DNA of 53,755 bases from Candidatus Micrarchaeota archaeon. GTDB lineage: Archaea > Micrarchaeota > Micrarchaeia > Micrarchaeales > CABMGC01. This document shows positions 17,753-27,063 of the stretch, piece after piece; position 1 is the first letter of the stretch; the number at the start of each line of letters is the position of its first letter. The stretch lies in the NCBI GenBank assembly GCA_021810375.1, contig JAJZJB010000001.1, positions 1 to 53,755 on the forward strand, written 5' to 3'. The notes below the pieces were generated by a model. That model had not been told where the DNA came from, made no database searches, and was given only the letters and a program-made list of their open reading frames with translations. Both the position numbers and the translations under genes were made by a program.

Positions 17753-18184
17753 GTGACAAGAAGAAAAGGCGTGGCAGGGTTGGTTCCTAGCGGCGAACAG
17801 GACATTGATGCACAGAGAAGGCTCTTCCACTGGCCATTGACAAGGTGGGACTGGAGTGCATTTAACCAGCTACCCAGCATTGACATGATAGATGAAGGGA
17901 AAATAATACGCATAAGGGCAGACCTTCCCGGAGTGGATAGGAAAAACATAAAGTTGGATGTAGGAAAAGACTCAGTTACTATAAGAGTTGCGGAAAAGAC
18001 AGGATCGGAACGCTCTGGAAAGAATTATTATTACAGCGAGCGCTCATCGGCAGGATATTACAGGAGCATACCGCTGCCTGAAGAAGTAGACCCTGGCAAT
18101 CCGAGGGCTAGATTCGAGAATGGAACTCTTGAGATAACGCTCACGAAGAAGAACGGCGGCAGGAGAAGCATAAAGATAGATTAG
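17753..18184 (+). CDS. Small heat-shock protein Hsp20
   Basis: IDMIDEG...ADLPGV, ERSSAGYYRSIPLPEEV, ARFENGTLEITL. Confidence 0.92.
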   Translation: MTRRKGVAGLVPSGEQDIDAQRRLFHWPLTRWDWSAFNQLPSIDMIDEGKIIRIRADLPGVDRKNIKLDVGKDSVTIRVAEKTGSERSGKNYYYSERSSAGYYRSIPLPEEVDPGNPRARFENGTLEITLTKKNGGRRSIKID

Positions 18185-19545
18185 GACTGTTTTTTTGTCT
18201 TTTCTAGGGCAGACTCGAATTCCTGCCTGGCTATGGCCATAAGCCCCTCGGCTGCTTCCCTGGTCTTGGCCTCGACTCTGCATTTTATAAGTGGGGTCGT
18301 ATTGGAAACGCGCAGCAGATACCAGCCCTCACCAGTATGGACCTTGGTACCTTCGAAAGTATCGACACTGCATCCCTTTTGCTTCAGCGAAGTAGTTATT
18401 TGTTCTATGACCCTGTGTTTTACGGAATCATCGCATTTGAATTCCTCGAAGATATTGATGTATTGCGGCAGCGTGGCAACGAGCTCCGAGAGCTTTTTCC
18501 CGCTCTTTACTACAAGTTCTGAAACCTTAAGCGCGGCAAATAATGCATCATCGGCACCGTATGTTTCCTTGAAGTACATGTGCCCGGATATCTCTCCGCC
18601 GAATCTGCAGCCCTGGCCCTTCATGCTTTCCTTCATGTGCGAATGCCCGACAAGCGTGAGCACCGGCACACCGCCTTTCTCGTGTATCATATCCTCGACA
18701 ACAGAGGAGCATGACACTTCGTATGCAACCTTTTCGCCTGGCCTCAGGAATTCCTTTATCAGGAGCCCCAATACGATATCGCCCCCTACAACTTTGCCCT
18801 TGTCAGTCACAAAGAGCACCCGATCACCGTCTCCGTCGAATGCAACTCCGAAGTTCATTACTCTTGATAGGACCAATCCGGTAAGTTCCTTTATGCTCGC
18901 CTCGGTAGGCTCAGGGGATCTTGATGGAAACCTTCCGTCAGGGATATCATTTATTGGATGCACATTTGCGCCTTTTGAACGGAATAATCCAGTAGCTATT
19001 CCGGAATACGCCCCGTTCCCTGGATCCAGGCCTATCGTCAGCCCATTCAGGTCGCTTATGTTTTTAGAGAGGAAATCGGTATAGTCTGCCATTATTTCCT
19101 TGCTCCTGTCCTCTATCTTGCCCCCAGGCAGGCTCTCAAATCTACCTGCCTTAATAATATCCCTGATTGTCTCGAGACCAGAACCCATACCTATTACGTG
19201 GGCATCCTCCCTGCATATCTTGAACCCGTTCCATTCCGGGGGATTATGGCTTGCACTCACAGTTATTCCGCCGTCGAGCTTGTACCTGGAGATTGCGAAA
19301 TAAAGAAGCGGGGTAGGTATCACCCCTGCATCTACCACCTCGATTCCAGTACTCAACAGCCCCTTTATCAGGCTCTCGGAAAGGCTTGGGCTGCTTGTCC
19401 GTATATCCCTGCCCACGAGGATCTTCTTGCCCCTGCCGATGAAGGTCCCGTATGCCTTTCCCATGTTCTCTGCAAGCGCCTCGTCTATGTCCGTAGGGTA
19501 TATGCCGCGTACATCGTATGACCTGAATATGTTCTCGTTTATCAT
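18181..19545 (-). CDS. Phosphomannomutase/phosphoglucomutase
   Basis: FRSYDVRG, SASHNP, FDGDGDR, GGEISGH, RVSNT. Confidence 0.95.
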   Translation of the reverse strand: MINENIFRSYDVRGIYPTDIDEALAENMGKAYGTFIGRGKKILVGRDIRTSSPSLSESLIKGLLSTGIEVVDAGVIPTPLLYFAISRYKLDGGITVSASHNPPEWNGFKICREDAHVIGMGSGLETIRDIIKAGRFESLPGGKIEDRSKEIMADYTDFLSKNISDLNGLTIGLDPGNGAYSGIATGLFRSKGANVHPINDIPDGRFPSRSPEPTEASIKELTGLVLSRVMNFGVAFDGDGDRVLFVTDKGKVVGGDIVLGLLIKEFLRPGEKVAYEVSCSSVVEDMIHEKGGVPVLTLVGHSHMKESMKGQGCRFGGEISGHMYFKETYGADDALFAALKVSELVVKSGKKLSELVATLPQYINIFEEFKCDDSVKHRVIEQITTSLKQKGCSVDTFEGTKVHTGEGWYLLRVSNTTPLIKCRVEAKTREAAEGLMAIARQEFESALEKTKKQS

Positions 19546-19672
19546 GATACCATCCCTGCTGTTGTCCTCGTGTTTATACGCCGCGGAGAGGCGCAGTGAA
19601 ATGAAGAACAATGCAATTCAATTTAGCCACATTCATGTTATTATCTCTTTTCATCTTATCATTATTGGTCTT

Positions 19673-20836
19673 ATGCTCGACGAACAGGGCATCTCGTTTG
19701 TAAAGAAGCTCATCTCCGACTACTATAGGAGCAGCTACAGGATCGGGCCGGACAGGATGGAGCAGCGCGAGTTCGGAGCGGGAAACTTCGAGAGGAAGAT
19801 TGCGTTCAGGCACCTCTCATTTCCAAATTCTGAAGAATTAAGGAGGTACCTCGTCAGGGAGTCGCCGCCCTACGTATCATATTCTTCGTCGTATTACAGA
19901 TTCCCGGCAGGCAGGCCGATGGAGGCAAAGGGGTGGTTGGGCGCGGAACTCGTCTTCGATCTTGATGCTACTGACATAAATTTACCATGCCAGAAAACGC
20001 ACGGGAGGGGATGGGTCTGCAGGAACTGCCTGGACTCCGTAAAGGCAGAGACGATAAAGCTGGTGGACGAGTTCCTAATTCCGGATTTTGGCTTCTCTTC
20101 CGGGGAGATTAGCATAAACTTCAGTGGAAACAGGGGATACCACGTGCATGTCAGCGACAAGGCTACATACTCGCTCAATTCCGCGGAAAGGAAGGAGATT
20201 ACAGATTATATAGCAGGCATAGGAGTGGAGATGCAGGAATTCTTCCCCACGCTAGGCATGAGAGGCAAATCGCTTACCGGTCCCAAGCCCTCAGACAAAG
20301 GCTGGGCGGGCAAGATGGCAAGGCATTTCCTGGCAATAATGGATAAAGGAACAGACGCCATGATGGAGCTTGGGATAGACAGGCAGACGGCAAACATGAT
20401 ATATAAGAAGCGAGCGCTGATACAGCTTGGCATAAACAGCGGAAACTGGGACATGGCATACATAAAGAACAAGGCAGACTTCTGGAAAAGGATACTCGAG
20501 AATCTCACTATAAAGCAGAGCGACAGGATAGACAGGAACGTTACCAATGACACATCACACCTGATAAGGCTACCAAACACGATACACGGAGAGACAGGGC
20601 TCATTGCAAAGGTTGTTGGCCGTGTATCTGACCTGGAGAGGTTTGACCCGATGAAGGATGCGATAGCCTTCAGGAGAGGCGAGATGAAGATATCTGCAAA
20701 TACGAATTTCGAGATATACATGAACGGACTGAGGTTTGGACCTTATGGCGGAAACATAAAAGTGCCGATCTATGTAGGTATTTATCTTTATCTGAAAGGA
20801 TATGCAAAGTTACTCGAGATGCCTCAGACAAAGTAA
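19673..20836 (+). CDS. priS: DNA primase catalytic subunit PriS
   Basis: REFG, GAELVFDLD, FSGNRGYHVHV, IDRNVT.D..HLIRLPNTIHGETGL. Confidence 0.95.
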   Translation: MLDEQGISFVKKLISDYYRSSYRIGPDRMEQREFGAGNFERKIAFRHLSFPNSEELRRYLVRESPPYVSYSSSYYRFPAGRPMEAKGWLGAELVFDLDATDINLPCQKTHGRGWVCRNCLDSVKAETIKLVDEFLIPDFGFSSGEISINFSGNRGYHVHVSDKATYSLNSAERKEITDYIAGIGVEMQEFFPTLGMRGKSLTGPKPSDKGWAGKMARHFLAIMDKGTDAMMELGIDRQTANMIYKKRALIQLGINSGNWDMAYIKNKADFWKRILENLTIKQSDRIDRNVTNDTSHLIRLPNTIHGETGLIAKVVGRVSDLERFDPMKDAIAFRRGEMKISANTNFEIYMNGLRFGPYGGNIKVPIYVGIYLYLKGYAKLLEMPQTK

Positions 20837-20848
20837 AGATCAATGAGA

Positions 20849-20892
20849 TATTGCAACTATATTATGTTGCTGTAAGAATTCTTCTTGTTTTA
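20849..20892 (+). repeat. Direct repeat copy A (38/44 identical to 25300-25343)
   Basis: TATTGCAACTATATTATGTTGCTGTAAGAATTCTTCTTGTTTTA. Confidence 0.8.
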
Positions 20893-21042
20893 GCTCTGAA
20901 GAAATGCTAATACCGCATTAGAATCGTAATGCCCCATAAAGAATGGTGAATACCGATAGTAGACCTTGTTTGCTATTAGGATGAACACCGTATTTGCAGT
21001 GAAGGTTCAGTATCGCTGATCAGAGAGCATAGGTACGCAAAA

Positions 21043-24000
21043 TTATGGACTGGCTGATGAAGGCAGCAATGCGGCCTCTACCGAAACGTATGAATCAGCA
21101 GCCTGGGAGATACCAGATATGGTGTAGGTTCCAGATGGTTGTGACTTGCAGTATGCGATTGCAACAGTTGCTGTGCCTGATGTACCCATACCCTCGGAGA
21201 CCTGAGTCTGACAATCAGATGGGAATGTGATTGATGTGCATGTGAAATAGCCGCATGCAGCAAGAAGAAGAACGTTCGAGGTTGACGGGAGTGTGTAACT
21301 TGAGGAGAAGCTTCTTACTCCGTTGAATGTTGTTGGGGAATTTATAACATTGTAGCTGCCTGCGGTTATTCCGTTGAAGCCCATAATACCAAGGACTTGC
21401 CATTCTGATTTGGTGCTGGTGGCTGTGCATGTGGGTGATGTCTGGCTGCCTGAAGAAGCATACCCATGCGATGTCACTATGTCATTGCTCCAGCTGTATG
21501 ATGTCATGGGATAGTTATAGTTTGCACCTGCACAGAAGTAGAGGCTGCAGCCTGGGGATGCGGATACAAGACCGTACCCTGTCTCACCGAAAGTGCAAGA
21601 TGCAGCAGTGACTGTAACCACGCTTGGCACGGAACATGTTCCGATGCTGGTATCGCATGATTCCATCACGTAATCGCCCGTGGCAAGTCCGTTGAGTGGG
21701 TATGACACAGTGGTTGTGCCTGTTGCAACGACATTGTTAGGAGTACATGTGGTCCCGGAGCAGTCTTTTATGTCCACCGTGTGCCCTGTTAGGGTTGTTG
21801 CACCGATTGCATTGTCGTCTGCAGCACCTTGAGGTAGTGAATTTCCAGAGGAGAAGGTGAGTGTTGGGGGTATGCCCCCGCTGCCGCTGAGGAGTGCGGC
21901 TTCGACTGAGAAGTATACGTTTGGATTCACTGATGGTGTTGTGCCTGATATAGTGTAGGTGCCAGATGGTTGTGACTGGCAGTATGCGATTGCTACTGTA
22001 GCGTTATTGGTGTTGCCTACATTCTCTGAAACTTTCGAAACACAACCTGATGGGAATGTGATTGATGTGCATTGAGTATAACCGCATGCAACAAGAAGAA
22101 GAACGTTTGAGGTTGATGTGAGCCCATAACTTGAGGAGAAGTTAGTACCTGTTCCAGAGTTGCCTCCCGTTCTGTTGAATGTTGTTGGGTAATTTATAAC
22201 GTTGTAGCTTCCTGCGGTTATTCCGTTGAAACCTATAATTCCTATAACTTGAGAGCCTAATCCGCCGCTGTTAGCCGTGCATGTAGGTGATGTCTGGCTA
22301 CCTGAGGAGGCAGAATTAGAAGAGGTTACTACATCATTGCTCCAACTGTATGATGTCATGGGATAGTTATAGTTTGCGCCTGCACAGAAGTAGAGGCTGC
22401 AGCCTGGGGATGCGGATACAGAACCGTATCCGGTCTCACCGAAAGTGCAAGATGCGGCAGTGACTGTAACCACGCTTGGCAGGGAACATATTCCGATGCT
22501 GGTATCGCAGGATTCCATGACGTAATCGCCCGTGGCAAGTCCGTTGAGTGGGTATGACACAGTGGTTGTGCCTGTTGCAAGGATGTTGTTAGGGGTGCAT
22601 GTGGTCCCGGAGCAGTCTTTTATGTCCACGGTGTGCCCTGTTAGGGTTGTTGCACCGATTGCATTGTCAGTTGCACCTTGAGGCAGAGAGTTTCCAGCTG
22701 AAAAGTTGAGTGTTGGAAGTATGCCCCCGCTGCCGCTGAGGAGTGCGGCTTCGACTGATATTTCCGCAAGATAGTATTCTGCGGTGCCTGATATAGTGTA
22801 GGTGCCCGGTGGCTGCGATGAGCATAATGCTATTGCAACGGTTCCGTTATATGAAGTGCCTATATTTTCCGAGACTAGCATCGGACAGCCGGCTGGGAAT
22901 GTAATTGATGTGCATGGAGCCCCACGACCTTCACCGCATGAGACAAGAAGAAGAACGTTTGAGGTTGATGTGAGCCCATAACTTGAGGAGAAACTACTGC
23001 TTACTCCGTTGAATGTTGATGGGGAATTTATAACGTTGTAGCTTCCTGCGGTTATTCCGTTGAAGCCTATAATTCCAAGAGCTTGCCATTCTGGGCCGCC
23101 TGCGTTGTCGACCGTGCATGTGGGTGATGTCTGGCTGCCTGAAGAAGCATATGGGGGTGGTGATGTTACTACGTCATTGCCCCAGCTATATGATGTCATG
23201 GGATAGTTATCGTTTGCGCCTGCACAGAAGTAGAGGCTGCAACCTGATGCAGCAGTCAGTGTGTTCGAGCCGATATTTCCTGCTGAGTCGCAGTATAGCG
23301 TTGACGACTGTATCGATGGCATTACTGTAACTGCATATGTCTTCGAATATGCGAGTGCATTGGCATCTTCGGCCTCGAAGACATAGTTGCCGATGGCGAG
23401 TACGTTGAGGTTGAATGACGCAGTGGTTGTGCCTGTTGCAATGACGTTGTTAGGAGTGCAGGAAAGGCCAGTGCATGATAGTATCTTCACGGTATCTCCG
23501 GTTGCGGCAGTGGTCCCTACTGCGTTGTCTGTTGTGCCCTGAAATATCGAGGTGCCGTTGGAGAACGTGAGTGTCGGTATGGAGCTGCCGCTGCCGCTGA
23601 GGAGTGCGGCTTCCACTGAAACTTCCACGTAAGGAGCTGCTGCGGAGCCCGATATGGTGTACGTGCCCGGTGGCTGCGAATAACATAATGCTATTGCAAC
23701 GGTTCCAAAGTTGTCAGCATTCAGATTTTCCATGAGCAATGTCTGGCAACCGGATGGGAATGCGATTGATGTGCATTGATAATTGCCGCATGAGACAAGA
23801 AGAAGGACCTTTGATGTCGATGAGATACTGTAGCTAGAGGAAAACCTGCTGCCTGTTCCGTTGAATGTTGTTGGGGAATTTATAACCTTGTAGCCACCTG
23901 CGGTTATTCCGTTGAAGCCTACGACTCCGAGGCCTTGATATCCTATTGATCCGTAGCTGACAGCGCTGTTATTGACAGCGGTGCATGTGGGTGATGTCTG

Positions 24001-25260
24001 ACTGCCTGAAGATGCGTATTTGAGTGCTGTCAATGTATCGATGTTCCAGCTGAATGATGTCATCGGATAATTCCAATTTGCGCCTGCACAGAAGTAGAGG
24101 CTGCAGCCTGGGGATGCGGATACATAATCATATCCGATGCTGCCTACTGCTGCGCAGTATGGAGCAGGAGGGGATGCGGTGTACGTTGCTACAACCGTAC
24201 AGTTGTAGTTCACTGCAATTATGCCATATGGACTTGTTTCCTCGCATCCAGACACTACAGGATTTGATATGGTAAGGCCGTTGGTTGCCGTAAGGGAATT
24301 TGCAAAGATGTACGTGTCCCTTGCAGTAGATGATATAGGTATAGAGATAGGGAGCTGGCTGACTGTATACACATTTCCGTTCACAGTAAGGATGCTCCCA
24401 TTTATGCCCATCGTGTTGACTGCCTCGAACGTTACCATGGTACTTGAAACAAAATCAATTACTACATTTGCAGAATAGCCGGAGAAGTTGGCGTAGACGA
24501 TGTCATTGCCTGGAGTATAGCTCAAGATGTAACTGGTTGCAGTCCCTTTGGAGTCCGTGGCCTCCTTTGACGGGCTGATGACGGGAAATGATTGATTCTC
24601 GGTGAAATTGATCCCAGCACCCTGATAAGGATTGCCTAGCAGGTATACACTTGCAGTAAGTACGTCTTCCTGCCCACTTGCAATTTGTGTAGTATTCTGT
24701 GCAGATAATGAGATGGAGAATGGAGTTGGGGAGATTACAGGTTGGACGTGAGTTACGGCTGAACCAGATATTGTCTCATGCGATCCGCGGCATGTCTGCT
24801 GTGACTTACCTTTAGTGCACACCGTTTCTTTTACATAGAGATCTGATGAGACTGTTGTTCCCTGTCCGTATGTGCTCGGAACGGTTACAGTGCAGATAAT
24901 CGAGCCACCGGGCAGAACAAATGAGGGTGTGCATGTACCAGTTACATTGCCACTGTTTTGAGCATTTATGATAAGGCTAGGTCCGTTGATAGGATACTGC
25001 TGCGCGTTTGAGAGTACTATTACGACTGATGAACTTGCAGTATTGCTTCCGAAGACCATGTCCTTGCATGAGAGCGCGGTAGATATGATACATGTTGAGG
25101 GCGCAGCGGTAGAGGAAGTGAGTCCCAGCACGACTATGACTGCCAGAGCAGCGACAATTATGAGCAGCGCCCAGCCATACGTTACAAGATATTCCATTGC
25201 AGACTGAGCAGTTGTACTGCCAGATCTTGGAGATTTGTACCTTTTTTGATGCCGAGACAT
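21043..25260 (-). CDS. Large class III signal peptide (type IV pilin-like) surface protein/adhesin with Ig-like and four Cys-rich repeated domains, 1405 aa
   Basis: AQSAMEYLVTYGWALLII prepilin-type N-terminus and an invasin/Big-like segment (ATDSKGTAT). Four copies of ...GCSLYFCAGAN.NYPMTS.SW...EAALL are separated by three Ig-like spacers. Confidence 0.85.
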   Translation of the reverse strand: MSRHQKRYKSPRSGSTTAQSAMEYLVTYGWALLIIVAALAVIVVLGLTSSTAAPSTCIISTALSCKDMVFGSNTASSSVVIVLSNAQQYPINGPSLIINAQNSGNVTGTCTPSFVLPGGSIICTVTVPSTYGQGTTVSSDLYVKETVCTKGKSQQTCRGSHETISGSAVTHVQPVISPTPFSISLSAQNTTQIASGQEDVLTASVYLLGNPYQGAGINFTENQSFPVISPSKEATDSKGTATSYILSYTPGNDIVYANFSGYSANVVIDFVSSTMVTFEAVNTMGINGSILTVNGNVYTVSQLPISIPISSTARDTYIFANSLTATNGLTISNPVVSGCEETSPYGIIAVNYNCTVVATYTASPPAPYCAAVGSIGYDYVSASPGCSLYFCAGANWNYPMTSFSWNIDTLTALKYASSGSQTSPTCTAVNNSAVSYGSIGYQGLGVVGFNGITAGGYKVINSPTTFNGTGSRFSSSYSISSTSKVLLLVSCGNYQCTSIAFPSGCQTLLMENLNADNFGTVAIALCYSQPPGTYTISGSAAAPYVEVSVEAALLSGSGSSIPTLTFSNGTSIFQGTTDNAVGTTAATGDTVKILSCTGLSCTPNNVIATGTTTASFNLNVLAIGNYVFEAEDANALAYSKTYAVTVMPSIQSSTLYCDSAGNIGSNTLTAASGCSLYFCAGANDNYPMTSYSWGNDVVTSPPPYASSGSQTSPTCTVDNAGGPEWQALGIIGFNGITAGSYNVINSPSTFNGVSSSFSSSYGLTSTSNVLLLVSCGEGRGAPCTSITFPAGCPMLVSENIGTSYNGTVAIALCSSQPPGTYTISGTAEYYLAEISVEAALLSGSGGILPTLNFSAGNSLPQGATDNAIGATTLTGHTVDIKDCSGTTCTPNNILATGTTTVSYPLNGLATGDYVMESCDTSIGICSLPSVVTVTAASCTFGETGYGSVSASPGCSLYFCAGANYNYPMTSYSWSNDVVTSSNSASSGSQTSPTCTANSGGLGSQVIGIIGFNGITAGSYNVINYPTTFNRTGGNSGTGTNFSSSYGLTSTSNVLLLVACGYTQCTSITFPSGCVSKVSENVGNTNNATVAIAYCQSQPSGTYTISGTTPSVNPNVYFSVEAALLSGSGGIPPTLTFSSGNSLPQGAADDNAIGATTLTGHTVDIKDCSGTTCTPNNVVATGTTTVSYPLNGLATGDYVMESCDTSIGTCSVPSVVTVTAASCTFGETGYGLVSASPGCSLYFCAGANYNYPMTSYSWSNDIVTSHGYASSGSQTSPTCTATSTKSEWQVLGIMGFNGITAGSYNVINSPTTFNGVRSFSSSYTLPSTSNVLLLAACGYFTCTSITFPSDCQTQVSEGMGTSGTATVAIAYCKSQPSGTYTISGISQAADSYVSVEAALLPSSASP
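21060..24125 (-). repeat. Intragenic tandem repeat, about 850-bp period (4 A-domains, 3 spacer domains)
   Basis: For example, ~21580-21817 and ~22433-22668 are nearly identical. GCACAGAAGTAGAGGCTGCA recurs four times. Confidence 0.9.
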
Positions 25261-25299
25261 GTAATGATAGTATACGAGAAAGTTAAAGATTTAAAAAGG

Positions 25300-25343
25300 T
25301 ATTGCAACTATAGTATGTTGAAGTAAAGATTCTTCTTCTTTTA
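25300..25343 (+). repeat. Direct repeat copy B, within the rpl15e promoter/leader
   Basis: TATTGCAACTATAGTATGTTGAAGTAAAGATTCTTCTTCTTTTA, preceded by TTTAAAAA (TATA-like). Confidence 0.8.
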
Positions 25344-25367
25344 AAGAAGATGACGGCAGGTGAACGC

Positions 25368-25946
25368 ATGGGAATCTATAAACATATAGACAGAACTTTC
25401 CAGGATGAGTACAAGCAGAGAGGCGAGCTCCTGAAGAGGAGGATAACGCAATGGAGGGACGAGCCGTCCGTCAACAGAATTGAACGTCCAACCAACATAT
25501 CGCGCGCAAGAAAACTCGGCTACAAGGCAAAGGAGGGCGTAGTGATGGCCCGGGTCAAGGTCGAGAGGGGGCTCAGGAAAAGGAGAAAGATGCGCGGAGG
25601 CAGAAAGCCTTCGAAGAGTGGCAGGTTCTATGCGTATAGGAAGTCATTGCAGTCAATGGCTGAAGAGAGAGCAGCAAGGAAGTTCTCAAACTGCGAAGTG
25701 CTCAATTCATATTTTGTAGGACAGGATGGCTCGTACAAGTTCTTCGAGGCCATACTCATAGACAGGTCACACCCTGCAATAGCTAATGACCCGTATTATT
25801 CGCAGGTGCTGCATAACAAGGGCAGGGTCTACAGGGGATTGACAAGCTCCGGAGTGAAGCATAGAGGAATGCGCATGAAGGGCTTTGGCACAAAGAGGAA
25901 CCGGCCTAGTGTAAGATCAAGCCAGCGCGGGATACTCAGGGTCTGA
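25368..25946 (+). CDS. rpl15e: 50S ribosomal protein L15e
   Basis: RIERPTNISRARKLGYKAKEG, AEERAARKFSNCEVLNSYFVGQDG, GRVYRGLTSSG. Confidence 0.97.
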   Translation: MGIYKHIDRTFQDEYKQRGELLKRRITQWRDEPSVNRIERPTNISRARKLGYKAKEGVVMARVKVERGLRKRRKMRGGRKPSKSGRFYAYRKSLQSMAEERAARKFSNCEVLNSYFVGQDGSYKFFEAILIDRSHPAIANDPYYSQVLHNKGRVYRGLTSSGVKHRGMRMKGFGTKRNRPSVRSSQRGILRV

Positions 25947-25952
25947 TTCTGG

Positions 25953-26189
25953 ATGCACAAGGCAGTGCTGAAGATAGAAGTAGGAAAGAATGCGAGGGAG
26001 TATCTTGGCGTAATAGACAAGAGAATCGATTACGGGAGGAGCAAGGTAAGGATAACAGGGGACAGGAGTACTATAACAATAGAAGTAACTGCAGAAGACA
26101 CACGCGCCCTATTAGCATCGATGAATGGTGCGCTCAAGCAGCTAAGGATAGTCAGCAATGTAGATGCAGAATTAAAAGGAATAAGATGA
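25953..26189 (+). CDS. pcc1: KEOPS complex subunit Pcc1
   Basis: RSKVRI...ITIEVTAEDTRALLASMN; located just downstream of rpl15e. Confidence 0.75.
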   Translation: MHKAVLKIEVGKNAREYLGVIDKRIDYGRSKVRITGDRSTITIEVTAEDTRALLASMNGALKQLRIVSNVDAELKGIR

Positions 26190-26202
26190 GTCATGTTGCA
26201 CG

Positions 26203-26853
26203 CTAGTGCTTGCTCTCCTTGCGCATCGCGTTCTCAATCCTTTCCCTTGCCGCATCCTTTATGGCAAGCTCCTGGGCCTCGGTAAGCATGGCTCCCCTGA
26301 AATCCGCGAAATCCAGGTTTTTCGCGTGGGGCAGGTTCTTAGTCTCCCTAAGGTCGGTGCCGAAGAACATGGCGCCGGCGATGTTTGTTCCGAGAAAATC
26401 CAGGCCAGTTGCAGACTTGAGGTTGCTGAAGTCTGCACCCTCTGCATCGGCGTATCTCACGCTTGCTCCGGCCATGTCTGATCCCCGAAAACTTGTGCTA
26501 ATCAGGCATGTTCCTGATCCGGAGAACGACGCGCCTTTTAAGTCGCACTCTCCGAATTCCGTGAAGAAGAGGTATGACCTGTCGAAGACGCCATTCTGTA
26601 TGTCGCACCTGTAAAACGAGAGGTTGTGCACAAGGGAATGGACCCCGGTGAATGTTGCGGGCAACGTCCTGTACGGCACATCGCCTCCAGAAGGACCTTC
26701 CTTTTTCATTATATTGTTCCTTATGATCTGACCCTCAAACCTGCACTCGCTCCTGCTAGAATATGTTCGTTTCATTATGGCTTCAAGCACTTCTGTAGGC
26801 TTGGTGATTCTTGGCAGTTCCACGAACTGTTCCTGCTTCTTTGCAGGACCCAT
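26203..26853 (-). CDS. Pentapeptide repeat protein
   Basis: A(D/S)F/LxG-type pentamers (CDLKG ASFSG, SDMAG, ADAEG ADFSN, TNIAG AMFFG TDLRE, ADFRG). Confidence 0.85.
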   Translation of the reverse strand: MGPAKKQEQFVELPRITKPTEVLEAIMKRTYSSRSECRFEGQIIRNNIMKKEGPSGGDVPYRTLPATFTGVHSLVHNLSFYRCDIQNGVFDRSYLFFTEFGECDLKGASFSGSGTCLISTSFRGSDMAGASVRYADAEGADFSNLKSATGLDFLGTNIAGAMFFGTDLRETKNLPHAKNLDFADFRGAMLTEAQELAIKDAARERIENAMRKESKH

Positions 26854-27063
26854 AATAAATATTCTAGGACTTCCAGGCACTTCACAGCCCACCCTCTTTA
26901 AGTATAATTTTCCTTGAATCGACGCTATTTATGCCTTTCCTGCAGATTTGTCGCGCATAATCTGATATGAACACATCAGGAAGGAAGGCTTATAAATATA
27001 TTCTGAGAAGAATAGCTGCAGCTAATTGTTATCACAAAGGTAACTCCCAGTCAGGTAACCAAT

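Noticed and set aside
18233..19084. Long antisense ORFs (also 28055-28819, 39205-39945, 42576-43460, 17129-17656)
   Set aside because: They lie opposite well-conserved genes, have no motifs and show shadow-type composition.
21043..24125. Diversity-generating retroelement TR/VR pair or CRISPR array
   Set aside because: No reverse transcriptase or cas genes are in the window. The repeats are in-frame ~850-bp coding units whose variation includes indels and is not adenine-specific.
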